NCBI GenBank assembly: GCA_905236245.1
Contig: CAJOPC010000029.1
Coordinates: 384-64,383 of the forward strand
Origin: an uncultured Alphaproteobacteria bacterium
GTDB taxonomy: Bacteria > Pseudomonadota > Alphaproteobacteria > CAAHEQ01 > UBA3637
Reading direction: 5' to 3'
DNA length: 64,000 nt
Part shown: piece by piece, positions 18,888 to 29,055 of the stretch
How positions within the stretch are numbered: the first letter of the stretch is position 1
How the letters are laid out: each line of letters begins with the position of its first letter
Position numbers and translations under genes: made by a program
The notes under the pieces: generated by a model
Told to the model about the DNA's origin: nothing
What the model saw: the letters and a program-made list of their open reading frames with translations, nothing else
The model's database searches: none

Positions 18888-19844
18888 TTATTCTTTAAAT
18901 TTCGTTTTCAAAAGATTTTGTAATTCTTCTATAATCGGATCAATTTCTTCCTCATTAAACTTTAAGAACATTGAACCATGATGAGACAAAGTCGGAGGGA
19001 AAGAAGTCCAATCTTCATACTCTCCTTCTAAAATTTTGATAGCCCTGTTGGGCGAAAGAAACTCAAAATCTTCAAATTTTGTCAATTTTAATGGATACAA
19101 ATCTTCCTTTTCAATAAAATAAAAATCAGAAGATATCTTATGCACAAGCCCTTTGCACTTATCAAATGAACATCCCCCGATTTCCTTTTCAAATTTCGAA
19201 TTTAACTCCCTGCGCCAATTCCTAAGAGTTTCAAAATTTTCAACCGGTTGTATTTGGGCATATTGTTTATAATACTCTGCATTATAAGCCGTCCAAATGG
19301 ATTTTATTTTTTCCTTATCCGCATACGTTGCTAAACAAGGATGTGCGTAAAAAATATCCAAATTTAATTTATCAAAATTTTTATGTGTAATACGCAATGT
19401 ATCATTACCAAAACGAGTCTTATCCACCCCATAAAGAATCAAATTTGTTCCTTGCAACTCCTTACGCAACACCTCGACAACTTTTTCATAATCATCATAT
19501 AAAACTGAAATATCCAAATCATCATCCCAAGGAATAAAGCCTTGATGCCGGATTGCGCCAAGCAAAGTTCCTCCCTCCAAGGTATAATTAATTTTATGTT
19601 TTTGGCAAATGTTATGGAAAATCTTTAACAACAATGTATCTGCAATTTGCAACTTTCTAAGCTTTCCCTTTGCCTTGGGGCAATTTCTGATATCCACGGT
19701 CATATTGAGGATTTCCAACAAATCTTGCTCTGTCAAAAAACCCGAGCGACGAGACTTCTTCCCCTTATAGCTAAAAACCTTAATACCACAAAAATAGATG
19801 GAACGTCGACCGTTTGCTTTTTTAATTTTTTTAATTATTTTCAT
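18888..19844 (-). CDS. licD: LicD-family phospho-/phosphono-transferase
   Basis: 318 aa. [22 protein letters not shown] is the LicD signature. Confidence 0.75.
   Translation of the reverse strand: MKIIKKIKKANGRRSIYFCGIKVFSYKGKKSRRSGFLTEQDLLEILNMTVDIRNCPKAKGKLRKLQIADTLLLKIFHNICQKHKINYTLEGGTLLGAIRHQGFIPWDDDLDISVLYDDYEKVVEVLRKELQGTNLILYGVDKTRFGNDTLRITHKNFDKLNLDIFYAHPCLATYADKEKIKSIWTAYNAEYYKQYAQIQPVENFETLRNWRRELNSKFEKEIGGCSFDKCKGLVHKISSDFYFIEKEDLYPLKLTKFEDFEFLSPNRAIKILEGEYEDWTSFPPTLSHHGSMFLKFNEEEIDPIIEELQNLLKTKFKE
19766..19781 (-). repeat. 16-nt exact DNA repeat (copy in licD 5' end) shared with an internal site of the 1032-aa gene
   Basis: tatagctaaaaacctt is identical at 19766-19781 and 21171-21186. 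The flanks are also similar and encode [19 protein letters not shown] versus GRRHIYIFGIKVFSYRHRK. Confidence 0.7.
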
Positions 19845-19914
19845 CCTTATTCCCTTCCGTTAAAAATTTCTTTGTCTTTGTAGAACAAACATCTAGAGTA
19901 AATTATTATTTATC

Positions 19915-22900
19915 TCATTTTTTAACTCCCCAAAAGACTTTAAGATATTTTATAATAACCTCAGAAACATGTCCATAATTTACCATAATTGATTCTTTGG
20001 CAAATTTCTCTCTAGTTTCTTTTTTTACATCCTGTTCTTTAATAATAATTTTTTCAATAAAATCCAAAATATCTTGTTCAGTATATCCTTGATAACAATG
20101 ATGCAAACAAGCCTGTCCTAACGGAATAAATTTATCCTCAATATCTTTAGGTGTTTTTAAAAGATATAATTGAGGTTTTAAGGTATAAAAATATTCTGTC
20201 AAAAAAGAACCACAATCTTGAATAATTCCATCACTTTGTGCAAAATCTTCAAGATAATTACCACCTAAACTAATTCGTACGTTTTCTTTAGTTGCCATAT
20301 CATTCATATATTTTTCTGTTTTAGCTTTCCCCCAAAAAGTACCGCGTTCTAACACTGGCAATAAAGCCGGGTGAGGACGAAAAATAAAACGGAGGCCAGG
20401 ATACATATCTGGCAATTTTAAAAATAAATCTGAATATTTTAGAAAATTAGATAAACACATCACATCATTAAAGCCTCCTTTAATCGAATGATGTGGCGCA
20501 ATGATAAGGGTCTTTGGCTCAGATTCATGAGAAATGTTCCTATATTGATCCATTTTGCAATACCCAGACAAAACAACATTTTTACCTTTTAAAATGGAAA
20601 ACTCTTGAAACTCTTTCAATGTGAATTCAGAATCCGTAAAAATCCGCCAAAGCAATCCATACTCTTGTGAAGCGATAACATACTTTCGCGAATAAAAACT
20701 ATTATCCATCCCATAACTTACCAAAGCCGGCAAAATCCCTTGCTGTATAATGCTATTCAAACTATATTTTTGATGAGAAACATCATAAAAAAACGGCAAG
20801 AATAAAATATCCGCAATATCTTTTAGATTTAAACTATCTTTTTTCTCAACAAGTGGAGCAGCGTATAAATGATCTTTAAAAGCACTTAATTCTGTTACAC
20901 ATTGCTCTAGATTACTTTTAGCACGATCTGGTCCAAAACGAAAATCTGGAACAGCCAAGATAGTCACTTGAAAAGCTTTATCCTGGCACATCTTTTCCAT
21001 TAAAGGCTTGGCGGGAAACATAGCTGGCAATGTTACTAAAAAGGCTACTTTGATGGGCTGATTTTGGGCCACTTTCTGTTGAATTTTCTGTTCTATAGCT
21101 TTATAGGATTTTTGCACATTTAAAATATCATCCAAAGTCCATTCAACTTGTTTTTTCCTTTTCCTATGCCTATAGCTAAAAACCTTTATACCAAAAATAT
21201 AAATATGTCTTCGCCCATTTGGACATTTTTCTTTTTTCCAAACACAACTCCATCGATTACAGCTTTCTGATTCTTGAGAATTTGGTGTTTTATTGCTTAT
21301 ATTTTTCATATAAATCGGTATACGACAAATGCGAATCGTCAATATCCCTTTTTGATTCACCTTACGCCTGTATAAAAAAAGACTAAACTTTCGAAGCATA
21401 TTCCAGAACACCCCACTATATTGGTGAGGCGTTACCACATCCAAAATTTGCATTCCTTGTGCCACCACTAAATATCCCAAAAAACGTTCCACAACATGGG
21501 CAAATGTGGATTTTTTATGCTCTGCATCTGGCTCTTCAAAATCTGTCCATTTTATTTTTAATTTTTGGAGAGGCTTAAATAATTTTGCTCGCGCAATAAA
21601 TATCGAGCCCGCAACAAAGGCAAAATTCTCACTTTTAAAACCTAGCTTCTGTATCATTTTTTGAGCTTTTCCAGCACTTTTTTCATCTTGATATTCCTTA
21701 GGCAAAATTAAATGATAATCCCCATGCATACCCAACTTTTTATTTTGCGCAAAAGACTGCATTACATTTTCAAAAGCACCCGATGTCTTTAAAAATGAAA
21801 GTGAGTAATCACGCCACCTACTTCCTCCAACATCCATACAATGCAGCACAGCTCCAACTGGCATATCCCGCTTTGTATGCAATTTAATAACATACGAATA
21901 GTTATTTAAATCTACTTTGTTAAGCACATGAACAAAGGGCCCAATATCATAACCACGATTTTCCACTACCTCAATATGAGCCCGAGGAAAAGTTTTTCGA
22001 ATATCTTTCTCAAGTTCAAGATTCTCTTGAACCATTGTCACATATAGCTCAAAAGGATAAGCTCCTACATTTCCGATACATCTTTTCAACTCTACCCATA
22101 ACTCTGGATAAAATATATGGCAATGAATTAAAATCTTCTGTGCCAACAAACTCTGCTCTTTTGTCCCCGCTTGAGCATCACAAATTTTCGTTTTCATACG
22201 GATAAACGGCAACCATTTCCAAACGCCTTTACGTTTGTTGCCATGTTGTATAAATTTTCCACACGGAATGGCCCCAAACAATTTCAAGCGCACAATATTC
22301 GGCACATTTTCACACACTTCTTGCCAAATATTTGAATGCTCTGCCCGCACAAAAGAATGTATTGCATCCGCAGCCTTTGACATTTTTGTTGCTTGGGCTT
22401 TACTAGTATTCCCCTCATACCAACGATATTTCATCAATACTTTTGGGACATTATAAAATTCCGTCTTTCCTATCAACCGGCACCACAGGCAATAATCTTC
22501 GGCCGGGCTATATTGTTCCTCATACTGCACATTTTTTAAAATTGATTTGCGCACCATTGCTGCCGTATGGGCTACTGCACAACCCTGCATTAAATACCGC
22601 TCAATATCTTGATTATGTTCAGGATATTTTGCAATTTTAGTTGCCGGAAATCTTTCCACCCAACTGCCGACCACCCCAATTTTGGGATTTTCATCCAGGA
22701 TCTTGACCTGTTCTGAAAAACGTGTTGGCATAGCAATATCATCATGATCCATAACAGCAATGTATTCACCTTGTGCCAAGGCTAACAATTTATTACGGCT
22801 TTGAGATATGCCCATATTTTTTTCATTTTTAAAATATTTAATTCGTTTATCTTTAAAGGACTTAACAATGGATTCTCGCAAATCCTTTGGGCAATCATCT

Positions 22901-23013
22901 AAAACCAAAAGTTCAAAATCAGGATATGTCTGATGCAAAACACTTTCTATTGCTTCTTTTAAATAAGCAGGTTCTGTTCTATAAACAGGCATCAGTACAC
23001 TTACCTTAGGCAT
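19915..23013 (-). CDS. tri-domain glycan-assembly protein: GT2 glycosyltransferase, RgpF-like domain, CDP-glycerol glycerophosphotransferase (TagB/F)-like domain
   Basis: 1032 aa. N-terminus VSVLMPVYRTEPAYLKEAIESVLHQTY...LLVLDD (GT2). Middle HCHIFYPELW...ENRGYDIGPF (rhamnan synthesis F-like). C-terminal third has IIAPHHS...FRPHP, typical of TagB/F-type enzymes. Confidence 0.7.
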   Translation of the reverse strand: MPKVSVLMPVYRTEPAYLKEAIESVLHQTYPDFELLVLDDCPKDLRESIVKSFKDKRIKYFKNEKNMGISQSRNKLLALAQGEYIAVMDHDDIAMPTRFSEQVKILDENPKIGVVGSWVERFPATKIAKYPEHNQDIERYLMQGCAVAHTAAMVRKSILKNVQYEEQYSPAEDYCLWCRLIGKTEFYNVPKVLMKYRWYEGNTSKAQATKMSKAADAIHSFVRAEHSNIWQEVCENVPNIVRLKLFGAIPCGKFIQHGNKRKGVWKWLPFIRMKTKICDAQAGTKEQSLLAQKILIHCHIFYPELWVELKRCIGNVGAYPFELYVTMVQENLELEKDIRKTFPRAHIEVVENRGYDIGPFVHVLNKVDLNNYSYVIKLHTKRDMPVGAVLHCMDVGGSRWRDYSLSFLKTSGAFENVMQSFAQNKKLGMHGDYHLILPKEYQDEKSAGKAQKMIQKLGFKSENFAFVAGSIFIARAKLFKPLQKLKIKWTDFEEPDAEHKKSTFAHVVERFLGYLVVAQGMQILDVVTPHQYSGVFWNMLRKFSLFLYRRKVNQKGILTIRICRIPIYMKNISNKTPNSQESESCNRWSCVWKKEKCPNGRRHIYIFGIKVFSYRHRKRKKQVEWTLDDILNVQKSYKAIEQKIQQKVAQNQPIKVAFLVTLPAMFPAKPLMEKMCQDKAFQVTILAVPDFRFGPDRAKSNLEQCVTELSAFKDHLYAAPLVEKKDSLNLKDIADILFLPFFYDVSHQKYSLNSIIQQGILPALVSYGMDNSFYSRKYVIASQEYGLLWRIFTDSEFTLKEFQEFSILKGKNVVLSGYCKMDQYRNISHESEPKTLIIAPHHSIKGGFNDVMCLSNFLKYSDLFLKLPDMYPGLRFIFRPHPALLPVLERGTFWGKAKTEKYMNDMATKENVRISLGGNYLEDFAQSDGIIQDCGSFLTEYFYTLKPQLYLLKTPKDIEDKFIPLGQACLHHCYQGYTEQDILDFIEKIIIKEQDVKKETREKFAKESIMVNYGHVSEVIIKYLKVFWGVKK
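21171..21186 (-). repeat. second copy of the 16-nt repeat, at an internal domain junction of the 1032-aa transferase gene
   Basis: See the 19766-19781 entry. Confidence 0.7.
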
Positions 23014-23120
23014 TTATTCCTCTCTTTTATCTAATCCAAAAGCAATGCCTTGCATTACACTTTATGTGTCTAGCATATATAAATATCCATATAATGTCAA
23101 CAAATTTTACGCTAAAAGCC

Positions 23121-24311
23121 CTAATTTACTAATGCTTCTGCCAAATTATCCAGCTCATTTTCCTGAGCGGGAGCTAGCGTTGATTTAACCGTTATAACCG
23201 GATCAACAACAACCATATCTTTCATTGATTCCAATAAGGTCTGCATTTGTTTGGCTGCCATTGGAGCCCATGAGCCATTTTCAACCAAAGCAACTTTGCG
23301 CCCTTGAACACCATGAGCCACCATCTCTCGCAACAAATATTCCATTGGCTCAAACAAATTGCCATCATGCGTTGTTGCAGCCAAAATTAAATGCGAAGCA
23401 CGAAACACTTCACCCAGAACGAAATCTCGACCCGTTTTGGATAAATCATAGACACAAACCGGCCACCCTTTATCCACTAATTTTTCCGCCAACTTATCCG
23501 CCACATGCGCCGTATTTCCATACATAGAGGCATAGGCCACCACAACTGATTTTTCCTCCGGCTGATATGTTGACCATTTCTGATACTTATCTAACAAAAA
23601 CTCTAAATCTTTACGCCAAACCAAACCATGCAAAGGACAAATCATTTGAATATCTAGGGCGCTCGCCTTTTTTAAAACCGCTTGAACCGGCGCCCCATAT
23701 TTACCAACGATATTGGCATAATAGCGACGGGCCTCGCTTAAATAATTTTCTTTAAAATCAACTTCATCGGCAAACAAAGCGCCATCCAACGCGCCAAATG
23801 AACCAAAAGCGTCGGCTGAAAACAAAATTTTACTTTCCGGGACATAGGTCATCATCACTTCCGGCCAATGAACCATCGGAGCCATTATAAATTGCAATGA
23901 TAAATTACCTAAATGCAAGGTATCTCCCTCTTTCACAATCTGAGTAGAAAACACTAAATCTTCTCGAAAAAATTGATGAATCATACTTTCTGTTTTAGCA
24001 TTACATACCACCGTTACATTGGGATATTTTCGAATTAAATCGGCCAAAGTTGCCGAATGATCCGGCTCCATATGTTGCACGATCACATAATCCAATGGCC
24101 GACCATTCAATGCCGCAGCAACATTTTCAAAAAACACCTCTGCAACGGAAATATCCGCTGTATCCATCAAGGCTGTTTTTCCCTCCAAGATAAGATAGCT
24201 GTTATACGACACACCATTAGGAAGAGGATAGATATTTTCAAACAACTCTAAACGTCTGTCATCTGCCCCAACCGCGATAATTCTTTCATTTACATTTTGT
24301 ATATTTGGCAT
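23121..24311 (-). CDS. flavodiiron protein (FprA-type; metallo-beta-lactamase-like plus flavodoxin domains)
   Basis: 396 aa. SYNSYLI, diiron motif HMEPDHSA, C-terminal flavodoxin-like VVVAYASMYGNT. Confidence 0.85.
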   Translation of the reverse strand: MPNIQNVNERIIAVGADDRRLELFENIYPLPNGVSYNSYLILEGKTALMDTADISVAEVFFENVAAALNGRPLDYVIVQHMEPDHSATLADLIRKYPNVTVVCNAKTESMIHQFFREDLVFSTQIVKEGDTLHLGNLSLQFIMAPMVHWPEVMMTYVPESKILFSADAFGSFGALDGALFADEVDFKENYLSEARRYYANIVGKYGAPVQAVLKKASALDIQMICPLHGLVWRKDLEFLLDKYQKWSTYQPEEKSVVVAYASMYGNTAHVADKLAEKLVDKGWPVCVYDLSKTGRDFVLGEVFRASHLILAATTHDGNLFEPMEYLLREMVAHGVQGRKVALVENGSWAPMAAKQMQTLLESMKDMVVVDPVITVKSTLAPAQENELDNLAEALVN

Positions 24312-24323
24312 CTCTTCTCCTTG

Positions 24324-27300
24324 TTAAAAAATATAACCAAGCGCGCCCGGAGCTATACTAGATAACGGATGGAATTCCAATTCAGGATTAAATGGCGATC
24401 CCTCTAAGCTGTATTTTGCCCCAATTAAACCGCCACCTTCACCTTCTCTGAATAAAGCACCAATCAATGGAATCTTTCCGGGCAAACTGTTCACTAAATA
24501 AGCTGGGATAACAGCCCCGGCAATGTCAAGAGCATCCCAATTAATTATTCCATGAAATGTCACACCGATATTCGAGCTAGCCGCATAGGCATCTCCTAAT
24601 TTAAACTCTCCGGCGGGAGAAAATTCAAATGGCACAAGAATTTCATCAAACACAATGTTTTTACCACGAATAGCATCAACAATTCCCAAAATAGACATCG
24701 CCTGCAACATAAAACCGGTTTCCATCAACTCTGTGTTTTCAATTTTGATGATACCACTAACAAGTCCTGTTTTATCTTGTTTGGAATCAATGTATCCTTT
24801 GCCCCCGGAGAAACGATCGGAAATATCCAAATATGACATCAACATCCCAAAATCAGCAAAGCCTCCTTGGAAAGCATTTTTTTCTGGGGCATATAATAAA
24901 CCAAATGGCGTTTTTGCCACCGCTTCCACTTGGAAATACTTCCAAAAGTTTTTCTTTCTTTCCCCAGTGATAATAACATCTTTGAGCGGTTTACTCTTAT
25001 TTAAAATCAATTTGTTCAACCGAGCCTTTAAAACAATATCTTTAGGCAGCACCGTTTTTTCTTCTGTTGTATTCGATTTTTGCAACAAAGGCATTTCTTT
25101 TAACTGGGATAAATTCCAACTGTCTCCTTCTAGATCGAAAATAAAAGAATCATCCTGTTTTTTTGCAAATCCATGAAATTGATTATCTTTAGACTTAGCT
25201 TCTTCAACCTGAAACTCCCATTGTTTTCCCCAGGCAACTGATCCTTTAAGCGACAAAGGTTCTTTTTGGGAGGTTCCAGTTAAATCAAATTGTCCCATCC
25301 CAACACTCCAATCCGCTTTAGTATCTGCAATATTCAATTCCAACACAGCTTGTTCTTTGGCATTTTTCTTTGTTGACAAAGGATGCAATACAAAAGAAGA
25401 ATTTTTAAAGTCAAACAAACCTTTTCCTTCCCATAACCGCTTAGGGGCTATCCGCTTTAAGGTAATATCCATATCCACAGGTCCCGAAACATATTTTTCG
25501 ATGTCCGAAACAAAGGGCTGCAATGTTTTTGCATCAATTTTACCTTTTAAAGCATAAGAAGATGTTGTCTTTTTAGGTGGCGTAAAATCTTCCTGCCAAG
25601 TAATTGTCAAAGGTTGTCCTTGATATTTTATTTCTCCCGTTAAATCCAACTGTTCATTGGTTACAGACAGCTTCGCCATGCCATCACTCAAAGTAAAAGG
25701 AATCTTTTTAAAGGTTGTTCCTATATCTTCTCCTGTTGCCTCAACCTTTACTAATAACTCATCAGAAATTCGCGTTTCATCCAATGGCATATCCAATTGC
25801 ACTTTCGTCTCGGCATTTCCTTGAATTTTTTTCCAATCAAATTTAACATCCTCCAATAAACTCAAAGGTTTCTTATCAATAGCCAACAACATCTCCGAAA
25901 TGGGCCCTTTTAAATCCAATAAAATATTTAAATTCGTCACTTCCGCATCCAATGGACTGAAAAGCAACTTACCATCCAATAATTTTACCGATCCGACATT
26001 TCCTTTCGAGGCCAAAATTTTCACTTCATTCGGATATAACAAAACATCCGCGCTGACATTTTCAACGGCAGGCATTTCTGGCAAATAATCGACCAAAACA
26101 CCTTCTGTTTTCACATCCCCGAAAACATCCACCATTTCTCCGCCATTAAAAGTTAAAGTAAAATCTGCCGTTGGAACCATACCGGATTTTAAATGCTCTT
26201 TGACCCATGCATGAGCATCCGGGCCACACTCCGCGGGCCATACTTCAGTAACCTGATCCATTGGAACATTTTTAACTTGTGCCTTCAAAATCGTTTTTAA
26301 AACATCCAACTTCTGTTTTTTAAAAAATACATCCATACCCGATACATCAACTTGAAGACTTGCAGAAATACCATGTTTTAAATTGACTTCGGATTGTCCT
26401 ATCTTCAAAATTTTAAAACCCTCTGTTGCTACACCATTGATTTCCGCAGACTCCAAAAAGTAAGTATTGTGAATAGGAGATGGGAGCACGAGAGTCCCCG
26501 CTGATGCGGTCTTAATTTGAAACTGTAATTTTTCCAAACTTTCTATGATATTTTTTCTTTTCTTGCGATTGGAAAATTCTGCATTCAACACAACACCAAC
26601 CGGAAAATCTGCTTGTTTCAATATTGGCACAAACTGACCAAAATCCGCCAAATAAACAGGCCCCGCCATCATTTCGATATCTAAATTTTTCATAAATCGA
26701 TTATATGTCGCCTTTGTATTGATATCGATCAAATGATCTTTTGTTTTCACAACCGCTTTGAAATGTGCTACATGTCTAAATCCGTACTGACGATATAACT
26801 GTAATCCAAATTGAGGAACAATAAAATCCTGTTCTTGGCTGGTCACATGTAAAACACCATCTGTCACAACAATCCGTTGGAAAGAGAGTGCGTGTTTTAA
26901 AATACGCTCCAATTGGGGCCACTTAATTGTTGCTTTCTTTTCTGCCTGAACCTTTTCATCTTTTTCAGATTCATTAGCCAACGACCATTGTCCGTCTTTA
27001 TCAATATTCATTTGAATACGAGGGTGATGAATGGTCAACCTATCCGGCAAATAATTCAAAGTTAATACATGAAAAAACCCGTATGACAAACTGACATTCG
27101 GCAACCTAATAACAACAGTTTGATCTGGACGAATTAATTTTAAATCTTTTATTTTTAAATGGAACAATCCATCTTCATAAAAACCCGCGCTCAAAACAGC
27201 TGTGTCTACATCCAAACTATATTGAGAATCTTCGGGCAACAAAACCTCCGACAAAGTTGGCAACATAAATTTAGCATCCATCGGCTCAGTGTAAAGCTTC

Positions 27301-27407
27301 CAAAAAACTAAGCCGAAAATCACCAAAACTAACGCTACAAAGGCTTCAAAAAATCGATAAAGCCAAATTGTTGTCTTTTTGGAAAAATGCCAAATTTTTT
27401 TTCTCAC
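24324..27407 (-). CDS. AsmA/YhdP-like large envelope protein (DUF3971-type)
   Basis: 1027 aa. Single N-terminal TM helix, long beta-rich body, conserved-looking C-terminus GAKYSLEGSPFNPELEFHPLSSIAPGALGYIF. The family call rests on architecture only. Confidence 0.55.
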   Translation of the reverse strand: MRKKIWHFSKKTTIWLYRFFEAFVALVLVIFGLVFWKLYTEPMDAKFMLPTLSEVLLPEDSQYSLDVDTAVLSAGFYEDGLFHLKIKDLKLIRPDQTVVIRLPNVSLSYGFFHVLTLNYLPDRLTIHHPRIQMNIDKDGQWSLANESEKDEKVQAEKKATIKWPQLERILKHALSFQRIVVTDGVLHVTSQEQDFIVPQFGLQLYRQYGFRHVAHFKAVVKTKDHLIDINTKATYNRFMKNLDIEMMAGPVYLADFGQFVPILKQADFPVGVVLNAEFSNRKKRKNIIESLEKLQFQIKTASAGTLVLPSPIHNTYFLESAEINGVATEGFKILKIGQSEVNLKHGISASLQVDVSGMDVFFKKQKLDVLKTILKAQVKNVPMDQVTEVWPAECGPDAHAWVKEHLKSGMVPTADFTLTFNGGEMVDVFGDVKTEGVLVDYLPEMPAVENVSADVLLYPNEVKILASKGNVGSVKLLDGKLLFSPLDAEVTNLNILLDLKGPISEMLLAIDKKPLSLLEDVKFDWKKIQGNAETKVQLDMPLDETRISDELLVKVEATGEDIGTTFKKIPFTLSDGMAKLSVTNEQLDLTGEIKYQGQPLTITWQEDFTPPKKTTSSYALKGKIDAKTLQPFVSDIEKYVSGPVDMDITLKRIAPKRLWEGKGLFDFKNSSFVLHPLSTKKNAKEQAVLELNIADTKADWSVGMGQFDLTGTSQKEPLSLKGSVAWGKQWEFQVEEAKSKDNQFHGFAKKQDDSFIFDLEGDSWNLSQLKEMPLLQKSNTTEEKTVLPKDIVLKARLNKLILNKSKPLKDVIITGERKKNFWKYFQVEAVAKTPFGLLYAPEKNAFQGGFADFGMLMSYLDISDRFSGGKGYIDSKQDKTGLVSGIIKIENTELMETGFMLQAMSILGIVDAIRGKNIVFDEILVPFEFSPAGEFKLGDAYAASSNIGVTFHGIINWDALDIAGAVIPAYLVNSLPGKIPLIGALFREGEGGGLIGAKYSLEGSPFNPELEFHPLSSIAPGALGYIF

Positions 27408-28402
27408 AGAGATGCCCCCATGTGTATTAAAATAGCCAAAATAACATTACAAATCAAGCCAGAAATGACGGGCACCAAAAACCACGAGATAAAAACCTTA
27501 CCTAATGCTTGCCAACGGATACCGGCATGTCCTTTGGCCAAACCAACACCAATAATACTTCCCACCAAAACACTGGAGGTTGGAATAGGAACTAACGGAA
27601 ATGTCGGCAAACCTAAACCCAACAACAAAATTTCTAATCCCTTTGAAGAAAAACAATATAAGGTTAAACCACAAGCAAAAACGACAACCAATGCCTCCAT
27701 AGGAGAAAGCGGATAAAGCCCAGAGCTAACCGTTTCAATAACCCTTTTGTCCGCCATCAATGCACCAATAGCAATAGATAAGCCTATCAGGAAAATAATC
27801 CACACGGCGCTCATTATATTTGTGTTCAAATAGGGGCCCGCTATTGCCGGTATATTGTTTGCGCCTAAAAAATAGGAAGAATAAATGCCACTTAAAATTA
27901 ATAAAAATCGCACCCACATATCTCTATACAATAAGGGAATGGGTATGTGTTTAAGTAAAAATCGTGTGCAATAAAATCCCATAATTGCTAATATTACCGC
28001 CATAATGGGGCAAATAAACCAAGCACTGATCATTTCACTCAAAACTTGCCAATCATTTTTTATATGGAAAAAGATATTCCACCCGACCAACGCACCAACA
28101 GAACTTTGTGCAATGGAAACAGGAATTCCAAATCGACTTGCAAATAAAATTGTCAACGCGATAGAAATACTAATTAAAAATGCCCCAAAAACAGTCGGGA
28201 TATCTGCCAACGCTTTCATTGACTCTGTTGTTTCCGAACTAGAAAACAATGCACCCAACAAAATAAACAATCCGGCCGAACCCGCCGCTAAACGAAAAGA
28301 AACCATTCGAGTGCCAATGGCCGTTCCAAAGACATTACTCAGATTATTACGCCCGAATGACCATCCTAAAAACAAGCCGCCAAGTAAGAATATATACATC
28401 AT
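27404..28402 (-). CDS. PiT-family inorganic phosphate transporter
   Basis: 332 aa. GRNNLSNVFGTAIGT and GANNIPAIAGP repeats typical of PHO4/PiT. Confidence 0.85.
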   Translation of the reverse strand: MMYIFLLGGLFLGWSFGRNNLSNVFGTAIGTRMVSFRLAAGSAGLFILLGALFSSSETTESMKALADIPTVFGAFLISISIALTILFASRFGIPVSIAQSSVGALVGWNIFFHIKNDWQVLSEMISAWFICPIMAVILAIMGFYCTRFLLKHIPIPLLYRDMWVRFLLILSGIYSSYFLGANNIPAIAGPYLNTNIMSAVWIIFLIGLSIAIGALMADKRVIETVSSGLYPLSPMEALVVVFACGLTLYCFSSKGLEILLLGLGLPTFPLVPIPTSSVLVGSIIGVGLAKGHAGIRWQALGKVFISWFLVPVISGLICNVILAILIHMGASL

Positions 28403-29052
28403 AACGCGTGCTTCACCGAAATAACCTTAAGTCTATCAGCAGCGTCTTCCGCCAAATCAGAAATTTTTTCTAATGCAAGCACAAAGCCTTTCATCTGCAA
28501 TTGATTAGATAATGATATTTTTTTCTGAAAAATCTGTTCTTTTAATTGAAAAGCTAATTGATCAACAACATGTTCTTTAAAATAACATCGTTGGACTTCC
28601 TCATCTATACTCACCTGACCATCAAAGAATGCTTTCACAGCATCCACCAATGCATCCACACAATTTTGTGTTTCTTGAACCAAAGTAATAATCGTTTCAT
28701 AAAAATCTTTTGGCAATTTCATTTTTTCAACAGACCAAGATAAAATAACCTTTTCATATTGATTGATCACACGATCACATCCCTCTGTCAAAGCCAAAAT
28801 ATCCGATCTCATACCTGGTAAAATCATTTGTCGATATAAAGCTGATTCTATTTCGCGCCGCAAGCTATCATTTTCACGTTCTAACAAACGAATTTTCTCT
28901 TTTTTTTGCATAAATTCAGAGCTGGCCTGTTTTTTTAAAAAAATCTCCGTGGCTTGATTAAAAACAACCCCGGCTGAAATAATATTCATTAAAAAAGTTC
29001 TAAATTTATCATCCAACACCTTTGCTCGTCGAAAAAATGAAATATGTTTCAT
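28399..29052 (-). CDS. DUF47/PhoU-like Pit accessory protein
   Basis: 217 aa, helical, 4-nt overlap with the PiT gene. This is the classic pairing. Confidence 0.7.
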   Translation of the reverse strand: MKHISFFRRAKVLDDKFRTFLMNIISAGVVFNQATEIFLKKQASSEFMQKKEKIRLLERENDSLRREIESALYRQMILPGMRSDILALTEGCDRVINQYEKVILSWSVEKMKLPKDFYETIITLVQETQNCVDALVDAVKAFFDGQVSIDEEVQRCYFKEHVVDQLAFQLKEQIFQKKISLSNQLQMKGFVLALEKISDLAEDAADRLKVISVKHAL

Positions 29053-29055
29053 GTC

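Noticed and set aside
24655-25176. 173-aa ORF antisense to the AsmA-like gene. Similar antisense ORFs lie at 30218-30649 (in mrcA), 42790-43257 (in portal), 61913-62350 (in ctpA) and 62721-63089 (in envC-like).
   Set aside because: Each lies wholly within a longer, motif-bearing gene on the opposite strand and has no RBS or recognisable motif.
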